Shown here: one piece after another, positions 36,300-50,236 of the stretch | Layout: the number at the start of each line of letters is the position of its first letter | Position numbering within the stretch: the stretch's first letter is position 1 | Assembly: GCF_001194135.2 (NCBI RefSeq) | Contig: NC_068985.1 | Span: forward strand, 123,471,976 to 123,535,975 | Length of the DNA stretch: 64,000 nucleotides | Direction of reading: 5' to 3' | From: Octopus bimaculoides | Taxonomy: Eukaryota | Made by a program: the position numbers and the translations under genes | Notes under the pieces: model-generated | Told to the model about the DNA's origin: nothing | The model's database searches: none | The model's input: the letters and a program-made list of their open reading frames with translations, nothing else

Positions 36300-36464
36300 A
36301 TTGAAATTTCTGAGGGTGCTGAATTAACTGATGAGTTCTTGCAGGATGAACTTCATCCAAAGAAAAATATTGCTCGGCAAGCATTTGCTAAACCAAAAGG
36401 CCCTTCAAATCGAGGACCAAAGCGAATGATCAGACCCACTTCAGATTCATCTGCAGTTAACTGA
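36300..36464 (+). CDS. TWF: Twinfilin last coding exon, 165 nt including TGA
   Basis: Poly-T tract then TCTAG acceptor. IEISEGAELTDEFLQDELHPKKNIARQAFAKPKGPSNRGPKRMIRPTSDSSAVN* contains the capping-protein-binding tail motif FAKPKGP. Confidence 0.96.
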   Translation: MEISEGAELTDEFLQDELHPKKNIARQAFAKPKGPSNRGPKRMIRPTSDSSAVN

Positions 36465-36731
36465 GTCGGTTGATGAAGTAACCATTGAACCTCATATTGG
36501 TAACGAAGTGCTATTCAAAGGAAAAAAATAAAAAAATAAATATAAAAGTAAAAAAACAAAAACAGCAAGAATCATAACTAAGAGAATAATTAATTGACAA
36601 AATCTTGTATATTCTCTTTCTCCTCTTCCCAGCTCATAAGGCATTTTTAATTAACATACCATATTCTTTATGCCCTTTTCTCTGTCTTTCCTCCATAAAA
36701 TGGAGTTAGTAAAATATATTTTTTGTATTTT

Positions 36732-37449
36732 CAATGTTTTTCTTCCTTTTTTTTATTGGAAAAAGAAATTTCTATTTATAATTATGGAACATTTGATAAT
36801 CCTTGATTCAATATAATTATTGAACATTTGATAAATTTTGTTTGATTGACAAGAGGTATGTTGTGTATGATTGATGTAAAAGGTGGAGGTTTGAAATTTC
36901 ATTAAAAAAAAACACAATTTGTAACTGATTTTTATATATAAATTTGAAATAAATGTTTTAGTATTTTTTTTTTTTTAGTTGTGGTGGTGAGGATGGGTGG
37001 TATAAAATGATATTTAAGAAATGTCTTTTTTAAAAAAATTTTGTATTACATTTATAGTTGATTTGAGAATTATAATTTAAAAAAGCAAATCAACAAAATT
37101 CCAAAATATGGTTGATATATATTTACCCTGTGAAATATTTCCAAATATTTAATCTTTCATTATTTTATAAGTGGTGAAGATTGATTTATTTAGTCTACAG
37201 AATATTTCTAAATTCCTATTTAATCCTATATACTAAGTGAAAAGTCCTTTTGTTGCCGTCGTCTTTGTCTACTTCACTACTTGGGTTTTGGCGTGCTCTG
37301 GTCAGTTGGTGACTTTGACCCTATATGAATTTCTATTATACATATACACAGATGATCTGTTGGAACAGTTGTTGTCTATTATAGTAAATATTTCCAGAAA
37401 CAGTGGGATAAAATGCAGTCTCGAAGCTGATTGGCTGAATTTGAACTCA
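36732..37449 (+). repeat. 3'UTR copy of the duplicated ~720-bp segment
   Basis: Colinear with 35168-36114. Confidence 0.95.
36948..36953 (+). promoter_or_regulatory. Candidate polyadenylation signal in the twinfilin 3'UTR
   Basis: AATAAA followed by a T-rich then GT-rich tract. Other AATAAA hexamers exist in the UTR, so which one is used is unknown. Confidence 0.4.
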
Positions 37450-38485
37450 ATCATTTATCAATGAAATTTGTTACAGATCAGTGCATTGCCATCTGTATCA
37501 CTCTTACAGAGCTGATAATGATATCACAACGAATTATATTGAACTAATAATAATAATAATAATAATGGTTTCAAATTATGGCATAAGACCAGTAATTTTA
37601 GGGATTGAGGCTTAGTTGCATGATTGCATATTTTATGTTTTAAGTTTGCACGTTTTTGAAATAACTAAGGATTGAAGTTAAAATTTCTTATTTATTTGAG
37701 TGGATAAATAAAGTTTGTTGACTAGTCATCATTAGACATGTTCAAGCAACATCTTGCAAGACTCAAACCAATTCCAGAAATCTTTCATTATTTGATAAGC
37801 AGTAAATGAAATGTGTTGATGGCTGAGACAAAAGGATGATAGACTAAAGTGCAGGACATACTGTACTTAGTTTCATCTTTCACAGTTCCAAGTTCAAATT
37901 ACAATAAAGTAAACTCTGAATTTTCATTTTTCTCCCTTCAAGTCAACAAAACAGCACTGATAATATACAGGAATTAACTATACTTTGCTTCTTTCAATAT
38001 TTGGACTTATGCCAAATAAATCATTTGATAAGTAGTAGATCTTGTTATTTTATATATGATTTTTTCCATTTTTGCTCTTTAGTCTCTCAAATTGTCTTCT
38101 ATGTATATAAAGTATACCGACAATAAAGAAAAAAACAAGAGAAACACTTTTAATGAGAATATGTTACGGTAGTCAGACACTTTCTAAATTGTTTTTTTTA
38201 TTATTGATTTTGTATTGATCTATATTTCATGGTTGAAAGTGGGTGTCAGAGAAAATAAGTATTTTTGGATGACAGAATTGGTGAAGTGCTGGACAAGATA
38301 TGTTGCATTATTTAATTACATTAATTTATATTCTAATTTTAAGTCTTACTGGATTTGATTTTGTACTTTATTCTTCCAGGATTGATGAAATAATTACAAA
38401 GCAAAAATGTGGGTGGGTCAGTTCAATCAATTCTACTCTCCTCAAAAAATCTGTGATCCTCTGCCAGTGTACAGAACCATTATTT

Positions 38486-38535
<50 letters not shown>

Positions 38536-38969
38536 TAGTTTTATTTTTATAGCGTGCTTTCACTTCACTACCAAGCACAGCTCTGTGTGCCTTGGGTATG
38601 TGCTGTGTTTTGCGTAGGATGTGTGCAGTGCCCAGTAGTGCAGTTTTCTGTATGTTATATATATTTGTAAGTCCTGGTGTTTTTGTTATGTATTTGTCTG
38701 AATGTTTTGTTTTGTATTTGTCTGAATATTCCTACTATGATAGGAATTGTTTCTGTTTTTAGATTCCACATTCGAATTACCTCTGTTTCCAGGTCTTTGT
38801 ATTTTGAAAGTTTCTCCATTTCTTTTAGAGAAATGTTGTCATCTGCTGGTATTGATACATCAATTAGAAAGCATTTTTTTTCTTTTATTACTATTACTAT
38901 TATTATTATTATTATTATTATTATTATGGAAATGATAATAATGGTTTAAGTAATTAAAAATGGAAAAAG

Positions 38970-41860
38970 TTGCAGGGGAATGGCAGAATCTTAAGAACAT
39001 TGAACAAAATGCTCGCAGTATTTGTTTCACTCTTTGTGTTCTGAGTTCAATTCCTGCTGAAGTCAAATTTGCTACTCACCCTTCTCAGATCAATGAAATA
39101 AGTACCATCAAGTAAATTTAATTGACTAACCCCTACCTCTTAAATTTATGGCTGTGTCCCTGCCTATGTTAGAAATTATTATTACTATGAAAAATGATAG
39201 GACTGATTACATTTAACATTTTTTATTTTGTTCTCTTCCACTAAATTTTAAGTTCAAACCCTCTTGGGTCATGTTACCAGGTTAAACACATTGACCCTAT
39301 CCATCCCCAACAATTATGTGGTTTTGTGCTAATGTAATAAATCATTATTATAAAAAGCTTGAATTTGTAGAGTTGCTAAAGTGTGAAACAAAAACCCTTG
39401 CTGTATTTCTTGCAGCTCTTTTTGCTCTGAGTTCAAATCTTGCTGAGGTTAACTTTGCCGTTCATTCCCCATGTGATTAATAAAATAAAGTACCAGTCTA
39501 GTACAGGGTCAATTTAATCAATTAAGTCCCTGCTATCAAATAGCAGGCTTTCTGCTTAAATTTTAAATTATTAAAAAGAGTGGTGGATTAGCAAAATTGT
39601 TAAGAGTGTTGGACAAAATGCCTTGTATATATTCAAACTCTGCATTTTGTTTACATTTTGGATTCAAATCTTACTCAAGTTAGCTTTGTTTTCCATTCCT
39701 CCAAGGATGACAAATTAAATACCAGTTAAGTACCGAAGTTGACATAATCCACTAACCCTCTACCCTAAGTTTCTGTTCTTGTACCTATGTTAGAAACATT
39801 ATTAGAGGCAGCTAATGGCTGAATTGACAGATCAAGATTCCTTGCTGTATTTAGTTATGTCCCTTTACATTCCCATCAAGTTAACTGACCCTTTTATCCA
39901 ACCAGGGTTTATGAAATAATTTACCTTTCAAATATGGAGTGTCAGTATAACAACAAATTTGTATCTTTGTGCCTATAGTCTCATACTGTATGACATTAGA
40001 TTTAAATGTTGTAGAGTATCTAATTTTGTTTCTTCAGATTCCAGTGGGAGAAAAGCAAAGTGCAAAGCCCACCCTAGAAGATTTGAAATTTATAATTTAG
40101 AGAGATAAAAGTAAATAATGCCATCTAACATAGGCTCAAGGCCACAAAATTTATGGGAAGGAGGAAGATTTGAATCACTTATGTGACTGGTACTTTATTT
40201 TAACAATTCTATAAGAAGAAAAAACAGCAAATTATTCCCTGGTTGATGAAATTAAAAAGTACAAGGTATTTAATTAAATGTTTTTCAGTAAATTAACATG
40301 ACATTTTAAGGTACAAAATGTTGAAGGGGAAATATTTTGAAAAATGTATTTAAGACTGGACTTGTGTAATCATTGAAATAAATGATAGTTGTAGAATGCA
40401 ACTAGTTGGATAGAGTGCAAACTTCACTTGAAGGTGGAGACTATTCAAATTCAGTTGAGATGAAATTGTGTAATTTTTTTAGCAAATTTTTAAAAATAAA
40501 ATAAAATAATGTATTTGTATTTGGTTTTTCATATAAGCAAATGTCAGACTAAAATTTGAACAATTTTTAAAAATTAAATAATATATTGAACTAATGAAAC
40601 AATGAAGCAGCTTTATAAAATGTCTTTCTCTTCATATTTATTATTGATATTATTACTAGGGCAACATTTTATCACTTTTTATCACTAGTCAGTTAAGGGG
40701 CCTTTTCTTAAATAAGATCTGGTCTTAGATGCCTGTATGTGGAGCAGTAGCACTGTCCCAAATGTGAAAGTAAATATAGTTCGTTATGAGCCTCACCTGA
40801 GCTTTGTAAAGTGTCAGTAATTATTTGGTGTTAATATATTGCCTGGCTTTATAGAAACATGAGACCTGTCTTTAGGATATGGTCTGAGCTATGTTAAGGA
40901 TGTACACAAAGGACCTGGTCAGATCCTTTGTAATAGTGAGGCCCAACATTTGAAATGATTATGAAAGCTCTAGTTGTGTACTGATTAAGTGGAGACTGGT
41001 GCAACGATAGTTTCTTGATATAAGTTGTTTGTGTTTTTACTGTTGAAAGAGACAAGATTGATGCATAAGGATGTTCGTCGTCATCATCATTATTATTATT
41101 ATTTAAGGTATCAAGCTGGCAGAGTCATTAGCTCATCAGATAAACTGCTCAGCAGCATTTCTGCTAGTTCTTTACATTCTGAGGTCAAGGTCAGTTTTGC
41201 CTTTCATCCCTCTAGAATCAATAAAATAAAGTACTAGTCAAGTTCTGGGGGTGAATCTAGTTGACTTCCCTTTCTCTCAAAATTGCTGACCTTCTGCCAA
41301 AAATTTACCTTTCATTCTTTTGGTGGTCAATAAAATAAGTACCAGTTGAACACTGGGGTTCATGTAATCAGCTACCCCATTCCCACAGAATTTTAGGCCT
41401 TGTACCTATAGTAGAAAGAATTTTTAGGTGGTGGATTGGCAGAATTATAAATAAATGACAGAAATGCCTTGCAGTATTTGTCTTGATACTGTTGAATTCA
41501 AATTCTGAATAAGGTCAACTTTATCTTTCATCCTTTCAGTGTTGATAAAATAAAATGCCAGTTTAAGATAGAAGTTGATATGAGAGACTCTCTTCCAAAA
41601 TTGTTGGCCTTGTGTTAAAATTAGGAACAAATATGATGTCTTTGTTAAAGGTTTTGAATTAGCAGAATCATTGGTGCTTTGGAAAAAATACCTTTCAATG
41701 TTTATTCTTGCTCTTTACATTCTGAACTCAAGTCTCACTAAGGTGGCTTTGCCATACATCCTTTTGGGGTTCAATAAAATAAAGTACTAGTTAAATATTG
41801 ACTAATACCTGTTCCCTCAGAAATTACTGGCCTTTTATCTAAATTAGAAACCATTATAGT
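38970..41860 (+). mobile_element. Cluster of about nine decayed family A SINEs, mostly head-to-tail
   Basis: Repeated TGGCAGAAT...TTCTGAGTTCAAAT...TTTCATCC...AATAAAATAAGTACCAG...TTAGAAA(C/T)ATTATT motifs near 38970, 39190, 39360, 39580, 39805, 41110, 41300, 41425 and 41655. Boundaries are approximate. Confidence 0.7.
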
Positions 41861-42257
41861 GATTATTCCATTGGTTGCCTTATTAATCCACAAATAAAAT
41901 GTGTGTGTTATATATACATGTGTGTGTGTATATATATATATATATATTACAGAAATGATTGAGATGGAATATATAAGAAACTTTATTGACCGCAAAAATC
42001 ATTTTGACACCTCCTGCATTATTTCCTCATGGATGGGAAACTATATGATTAATTTTGGTGCATCCCATGGTGCAGAAGCATCACTTCTCTCGTTTCCATT
42101 ATACTCAACACATGCTGAAGAATTCCTGAGATAGATGCAACGATGAGTGTGCAATTACCATGGATAGCATCAGGTAGCCATAGGCCGTGGTTGTGCTTTA
42201 TTGGCATACAACTAGGGACACACCCAACATGTAAATTTTTAATTTAAAATCTTAACT

Positions 42258-42302
<45 letters not shown>

Positions 42303-43124
42303 GTGAGATGTGTCTACTTTTGAGATGTCTGTGCATTTATATGTAAGAATATGTATAGCAAGAACTTATATTTATTTGTTTATTTTTATTTTTTAATTTG
42401 GAGTTTACCAATAGAAATCCATTTTAGTATTTAAGTTTTCTCCATCACCTCTCTCTGTCCATATGCTCATACAAACATGAGAGATACCCATATATCTGTG
42501 TTTGTATGTGTGTATCCTTGTTTAAACATCAAATGGTGGTTGTAAATGAGCAATATTGTCCTACAAGCAATACTCCTTGTTTCCAGTCTTCATTGCAAAA
42601 AATATCTGCCATAGGAAAATAATACCTATTTAATAATAGGAAAACAGGTAAGAGTTGGTAACAGGAAGAGATCCAGTTGTAGAAAAATATGTGTAATTCC
42701 ATCTGACCCATGCAAACGTGAATGTTGAATGATAATGATGTGCTGGCATGGCTTTCAGGTGCAGGCATGTATGTTTGGTTGAGAAAATTGTTTCCCTACC
42801 ACACAATTTAGGGTTTAATCTGATCGCATGGTACCTTGGGTGAGTGTCTTCTACTACAGCTCTAGGTTGACCAAGGCCTCATGAGTAAATGTGGTAGATG
42901 GAATCTAAAAGAAACTAGTCGTATGTGTGTGTGCGTGCACACCTGTGTTTGTCTCTTTGTGTTGATATGTGGTAGTTGTAAATGAGCATCACTGTCATAC
43001 AAGTGGTGTCTTGTTTTCAATCTCTCTCATCATGAGATGATATTACCTTACTGAGAAATAGGTGAGAGTTGGACACAAGAAGGGCATCTGGCTATAGAAA
43101 TTCTGTTTGTATATGTGTATGTGT

Positions 43125-43527
43125 GTGTATGGTTAAGAAACTCACTTTGCAACCCTGTGGTGCAGTACCTTGGGCAAGTATCTTCTACTATATAGCTCCA
43201 AGCTGACCAATGCCTTGCAAGTGAATTTGGTAGGCTGAAACTGTGTGGAAGCTCATCACACATACGCATACATACACATACACACGCATGCCTATGCATA
43301 TAAATGTGAGTGTTTTTGTATTTGTTTTTGTCACACTCTACTACTGCTTGACAACTGTCGGTTAGTTTATGTCCCTATAACATCGTGGGTCAGCAAAAGT
43401 GTTTGATAGAAGTACTAGACTTAAAAAGAAACACAAGTAGTGGGTCCAATTTGCTTAATAAAATCTCATCAAGGCAGTGTCCCAGTGTGACTGCAGTTCA
43501 ATGACCAAAACATGTAAAAGATCAAAG
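43125..43527 (+). mobile_element. SINE family B, decayed
   Basis: CORE-like CCTTGGGCAAGTATCTTCTACTATAG, central microsatellite and the family B tail. Confidence 0.7.
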
Positions 43528-44018
43528 TTATACATACATATGTACGTATATTTGAAGATGTGGTTGTGAAATATTCTTTAAATGTTTGGGTCACCACTTG
43601 TATGAAGATGAGACTGCAAAATAAACAAATGCTGCCATTACCACAAACAACAAAACATTGAAGAAGTTTGAATGTTATTTTTCTTTGTGTAATTACAGCA
43701 GCAGTCACAGAATGGTTAACTGGTGCTGGTGTTGCTGTTGACATTCATCTTTGTTTAGCTGCTGTCAGTTTGAGTCAGCAACAGTCTACTTCCATCTACT
43801 GTCTGGACTCTGGTGTCTCTCAGTGCCCTCCTTCAAATAGCTGTGGTATGCTGAATTTATAGTGCTGGATAGGCTCAGAGAAAAAGGAGCATAAAGATGG
43901 AATTGTAGCTGGAACCAGTTCTAGACAGTCATGATTAGTCACAATTTTTTTATCATATGAGTAATATTCTAATGAATTGTGACATCAAGTGTAATGATCT
44001 GACTGTTGAATATTCCCA

Positions 44019-44052
<34 letters not shown>

Positions 44053-44064
44053 ACATGCACACAT

Positions 44065-44295
44065 GAGGGCGAGCTGGCAGAAACGTTAGCACGCCGGGCG
44101 AAATGCATAGCCGTATTTCGTCTGCCGCTACGTTCTGAGTTCAAATTCCGCCGCGGTCGACTTTGCCTTTCATCCTTTCGGGGTTGATTAAATAAGTACC
44201 AGTTACGTACTGGGGTCGATATAATCGACTTAATCCGTTTGTCTGTCCTTATTTGTCCCCACTGTGTGTAGCCCCTTGTGGGTAGTAAAGAAATA
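44065..44295 (+). mobile_element. SINE family A with 8-bp TSD
   Basis: GCACACAT at 44057-44064 and 44296-44303; CpG-rich and near consensus. Confidence 0.9.
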
Positions 44296-45295
44296 GCACA
44301 CATATACACAAGGTCCTGCTCACATACACACCTACACATAGTACTCATGTCCTCAAACTTTATCTTTTCCAATCTACTTCATTGGATCAAATACAAAGAC
44401 TTAAACATGGCTGCAACCACGACTAGAGATAAGGTTGCCTGGAGAGGTTTTTTCTCTCAATGCCAAGATGCTAAACAAACTTTGGATCAACAATAATAAT
44501 GATGTGTTGTTAATGATCAGAAGGTTGATAAAATAAACACTTTTGACATAAGAAATACATCTGGGCTGTATTTCTTATTTCTATTATTTTGCTTCATTTT
44601 TTTTTTGTTATTGATCTATAGTTTCATGAAGTCTCATATATGTAAATGTTTTTAGTTATATTTTTTCAGAGTTAAAGCAATTTATAAAAATAAAACAAGT
44701 TGATAGCTTTACCTGGCATTTTGATATTTCAGGATTAGGATCCATTCCTCTGAAAATCATTGGAGATTAGTTGTTATTTGTTAACCTTTTCTTCAAAGAT
44801 TTCCTGAGGAAGAAGTTCTAACCATGCAATATTGAAATATCAGGGAAAGCTATCAGCCTGTTTTATTTTTATAAATTGCTTGTTTTGGCTTTAGTAAAAC
44901 AATTAAAAGCTTTTATTTTATTATTTTATTATTTTTTTTTGTCTCAATCAGAGCAGCAGCTGCAGTGATTTTGAGGCTGTTGGAATAAAAGGAATATATT
45001 ATCCTCTGTGCAAAGATCTGGCCTGGCTGCTTACAATAGAATTAACTCTTCTAAAGCAGTCAAGGACCAGGCAATGCTGTTGTTAAACTGGGTGGTACAT
45101 TAAATCTAGCTCCCAAGAACAAACCATGTCATTAATAGGCTTCCATACAATTTCTAACTACTAATTTTTTTTCCTCAAAACCTGAGGCTATGGAAGAATG
45201 CCCAAGGTAGTGTGGAGTGGGATTGAATTCAAAACTACATACATTTTGTGGAGCAAATTTCTAAACTGCACAAAATATGTGTATACACACCTACA

Positions 45296-45341
<46 letters not shown>

Positions 45342-45580
45342 AAAGAAGAAAAGAAAATAGAGATTATGAAGTTACTAAAAGTTAATAAAGAAGTGAATAT
45401 GACCAATTTGTTGTTAATAATAAACAATTATTATCTTCATAAACTCCATTTTCTTTTCATTTAAATGGATATAAACTATATTCTTTATATATATACCTAT
45501 TGATTTAAAGGAATTTCATTCCACCAAAATACTTTGTCGTAGTCGCCGTTGCCACCACCACCAACGGTGGTGGCGACGGC

Positions 45581-46110
45581 TTTTAATATCCGATTTCGAT
45601 GCTGGTATGGGTTGGACGGTTTGACTGAGGACTGGTGAGCCAAATGGCTGCACCAGGCTCCAATCTGATCTGGCAGAGTTTCTACAGCTGGATGCCCTTC
45701 CTAACGCCAACCACTCTGAGAGTGTAGTGGGTGCTTTTACGTTCCACTGGCACGAGGGCCAGTCAGGTGGTACTGGCAACAGCCATGCTCAAATGGTGTT
45801 TTTTATGTGCCACCTGCACAGGAGCCAGTCCAGTGGCACTGGCAACGACCTCACTTGAATGATGTTTTTCATGTACCACCGGCACAAGTCCCAGTAAGGC
45901 GATGCTGATAATGATCACGCTTGAATGGTGCTTTTTATGTGACACCAGCATGGGATCCAGCCAGCGGCCTTGGCAACGATCACGCTCGGATGTACTTGTA
46001 ATGTTTCACTAGCATGGATGCCAGTCAGAAGGTGTTGTCATCGACCATGTCAGTGAATTTGATCTCGATTTCACTTGCCTGAACAGGTCTTCGCAAGCAG
46101 AGTTTAGTGT
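45581..46110 (-). mobile_element. Family D / RTE 3' region with ~66-bp internal tandem repeats
   Basis: Family D module at 45600-45735, followed by four to five ~66-bp units. The minus strand near 46070 reads LLAKTCSGK*, resembling an RTE ORF end (inference). Confidence 0.7.
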
Positions 46111-47722
46111 CCAATGAAACACACGCATACATAATGTTATGTTTGTGTGTGATTAGATAGATAGATAGATAGATATGGGTGTGATAAATGAAAAAAAACC
46201 AAGTACTCAATGCATAAAGTAGAGAAGATAACTTTTGTGGTGTGAGAAGTAGAGGGGACAGAGGATCAGTGATTGTGGCATACTGGATATTGAAAGCTTG
46301 CTCAACAAACATTTCTTTTAATGTCATGTAGAAAACAATAGTGTTTTTAGTAGATATTTCATCCCAAGCATGTAAGCAATACATTAGATTTAGGATTTTA
46401 TTTTTTATTGCTATTGGATTAGAAACTTTTCAGAACTGAAGTATTTTCTGGCTCAGAGGAAAATTTTATGAACTAATTATCATGGAAAAATAAATTTTAA
46501 TATCTAATTTCATTGATCTACTTATGATCTGTTATTTTCTTGTTTCTTTTTGTTTTTAATAAATTCAATTTAAATGTTATCTATCACTAGATCAAAGTTC
46601 CATCTAATTGCTCCTTTACTAAATAATAAGAACAAAAAATTTGAGATTGATAAAATAATGTAAAAGAGTTTAAAGTACTTTTCCTGTGGTTTATAGTACA
46701 TGTTGAGTATGAATGTATAGAATTTATGTTCGATCTGCTAGCTCTGATTATATTCTGTAGAGATTTTTGCTGAAATTGGTTGCTTAATTGGCCAAGTTGT
46801 TTTAGTAATTTAATTATACTACTTCCAGCATATTCTCCCAGTAGAGTGGAAATGTGCTAAAATAATATGAATTTATAATAATGGTATTCCTTCAAACATT
46901 ACAAGCAACAGCTTTCTGAAACTCTTAAGTACTGTTTTTAGTGAAGTGATAATTTCTGTTCATGTGTTTAAGCTTGTGTGAAAATAATTCGTAGACAAAC
47001 AATGGAATATTTGGAAAATCACATAATCCATAATAGATTAGCCTATTCTATAATAAATAATGTATTATTATATAATAAATTAGTTTCCTTTCTTTTAAAC
47101 AAATGCATATGCTGATATACAAATAACCTTAAAAAAACTGTTTTACAGCCATTTTCCATTCTGGCGTGAAAAGAAATGTTCTCCTTCCTCTGAAGTTGGA
47201 CATATGCTCACTGCTGGGACAGAATAAATATTTTTATAACTCTGCTCTCTTTACTACAAACCATTCATCTATAAACTAGCAAAGAAACCTGATGGTTTGT
47301 CAGCCAAATAACCACCTGGATACAAATTTATGTGTCTAGTCATTCAGCACATTAATTTCAAAGCCATTGTCTTCTTAATTTTATGGGGTTTTTCTTTCTA
47401 AGATGTTTGTCAATGATAAACACAGTTACCATCTTAACCTCACCACCCATGAAAACTGTGATGAATTTCAGCCCCTAACACAGATAACTGATTTCTTTCG
47501 TCTTTGGTGCACATTGGCAGCAAAGCATTGACGTTTACTCAGTAACACAAGAAAGAAAACTGGAATGACCAAGATCAAACCTTGGTTAGATAACCACAAG
47601 AGTACCACCTTTTAGCATGTGAGCACTGAAGGCTGTGAAGCCAACCTAAAGGAGGTTCTGGTGAAAGTGCAGATAAGTTTTGACTTCCCCTTGTTTGTAT
47701 ATAACTTATATATATATATATA

Positions 47723-47769
<47 letters not shown>

Positions 47770-49235
47770 ACCTGTTACTGTATAGATAATTTTCAAATGG
47801 TAAAATTAATCAATTCTTACAGGAGCTTGAATCAGCTACAGTTGTGGTTCTAACATGAGCGCACTCATGGCCAGTGAACCTATTAAACATGTGAAACTTG
47901 GTTTGTCATATAGCATTCCAGCATTGCCACCTAGATCAGGTATTGACAAAACTGAATATGTATGAAGCTGAAGTTTAAAAATCAAATCAGTCAGCTACAA
48001 AGAATTATTACATAGGTATGGTTGAAGGTAAATATAGTAGAGATGATTCAAAACAGAATTGCTAGGTAGCTGAGCAGACATCATAATCAAACCACAGTAG
48101 TTTTATGCGATCAATCTATTAAGTAACCAATCAATGTCAATCCATTGCATGATTTGATTTTCTAGAACTTTACTTTCTCTTTGTGCCCTATATAAAGATG
48201 GGTTTTGGTGGTAATTGCAGAATGTTGAGACAGCTACACAATGTCTTCATTGTCATCACCACATTCAGCCAATTAAGATGGATGGGAGATAATAGACGAG
48301 AATTCTCAATGTCATGAATATAGTGCAATTATTTTCCAGTTGTGATGGGCCAGCCACAGATTGCTATATCAGTTAACTTGTCCTAAATCCCAAGCAGTAT
48401 GTCTTTCCCAGCATGTAATTATTTCTGTTGGTATTTGTAAAAGACCCACACAGAAAACACTGAGCAGTAGCAAAATCTTCTGATAATTGTTTGTGAGAGT
48501 TGTTAGTTACTACTTTACACAGTCCAAGAAATACATTTTCATTTACCAGCAACAACAGTAGCTACCCATCCTCCATGATTACCATTATAACACAACAATA
48601 CAAACAAAGATTTTGTAGCCATAGCATATCTTTCAGATGCATGAGGTGAGGAATTCTGTGGAATTAGGGCAGTAGAATGCTGGTTACAGCATGAAATAGA
48701 GGGCCCTAGAATCATACATCAAAATATCAGAAAGAAGAAGTTTTATACAACTGAAAGGGCACATTTAAAAAAAAAATTAAAGCATGGGAATTGTCTGAAC
48801 ACTATAAATGATTTCATTTTAGAAAATGCCATAATTTTAGAAAAACACGTGTAGTTGCTACAGATGCTGGGATGTCATTTCTCACAGAATAACTAACACT
48901 AACATTCTGTTTGCTCTACCACATGGAGCATATGATGAAAGAATAGCTGTCTCTGATTAACTGAAGTATCCACATGACCTGAACAAACCAATGGGCACAG
49001 AAATATTCTCATTTAGAAGTCATTTTAAAATTTCTTCATATTCTCTCTGCTCTGATTCTGTACATCTGGGGATGTGTACATGTTCTGCACCTACAAAACA
49101 TGATGCAATATGAAACTGAGTTAAACTATTGTTAAATGCTTGACACTTCAAATAGATTACTTTAACTATTCATATATATATATATAAATTTGTTTATAAA
49201 ACACAGCTATGTCCTAAAGCAATCATATATATACA

Positions 49236-49286
<51 letters not shown>

Positions 49287-50201
49287 ATATATATATATAT
49301 GAATATGTTAATATCTAGATATATTATCTTTTATATCTTTTACATCTTCTAATCTATGTATATTTACAAAAGAAATAAAAAAAATATTTATACAAACACA
49401 ATAAGTCAGAAAAAATATATGAGAGCTAAGTGAGAAGGAAACTCAGTTCTTTCATTTTCTATTTTCCTATGATCTGTGTGTTCATGTATTATGCTTTTAT
49501 CTGATATAAATCAATGTACACAATACTGATATACATATATTATAGAGTGAGAATGACAGATAAAAAAGAAAAAGGAAAAAAAATTGTATTTGTAGATGTC
49601 AGAATTTTAAGAATAATATAGTAGACATGAGGGAATTATAAGAAATATTATGTTTAAAGAAAAGCATTTTAAAAGAAATTTTACTTCCACTGTAAGTGAC
49701 AAAAGACATTTAGTGACAGCTTTCCAAAGATGATTATTGAATTGTCAAGCCGAGTCTGTATTAATCCAATTAAATTCAATAGAACTTTGTATTGTTTAGA
49801 GCAGTGTTTCTTAACTTTTTCTATATTTCCCCCTCCTCACCATCCTAATTTGCCTTCACAAGTGATAATAAAAATTATTCCTGTATACAAAACAATACAT
49901 TACATAACATTAACCACTATTTATTAAATGAATATTAGCTTCCTTAAAAATCAACATTAAGGAAAATAATCAAGAAAAGTAATGCAAATAATGATAAAAA
50001 AAAATTTTTCAGCCTAAAATAATTTTCCCACAAGAATCCTCCAATTTCTCATTGAAATCCTGAAATCTGGAATTTCCTCGAAATTGAGAATTGCGAATTT
50101 AAAGGAAATATAAAGTGTATTATTAAGTACTCATTTTTTTGAAAGCAGTATAATGTAGTTCCTCCGCCTCCTCCTCCTCCTCCTCCTCCTCCTCCTCCTC
50201 C

Positions 50202-50236
<35 letters not shown>

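Noticed and set aside
45735-46020. CRISPR-like array
   Set aside because: Eukaryotic context; whole units are degenerate tandem repeats with no unique spacers.
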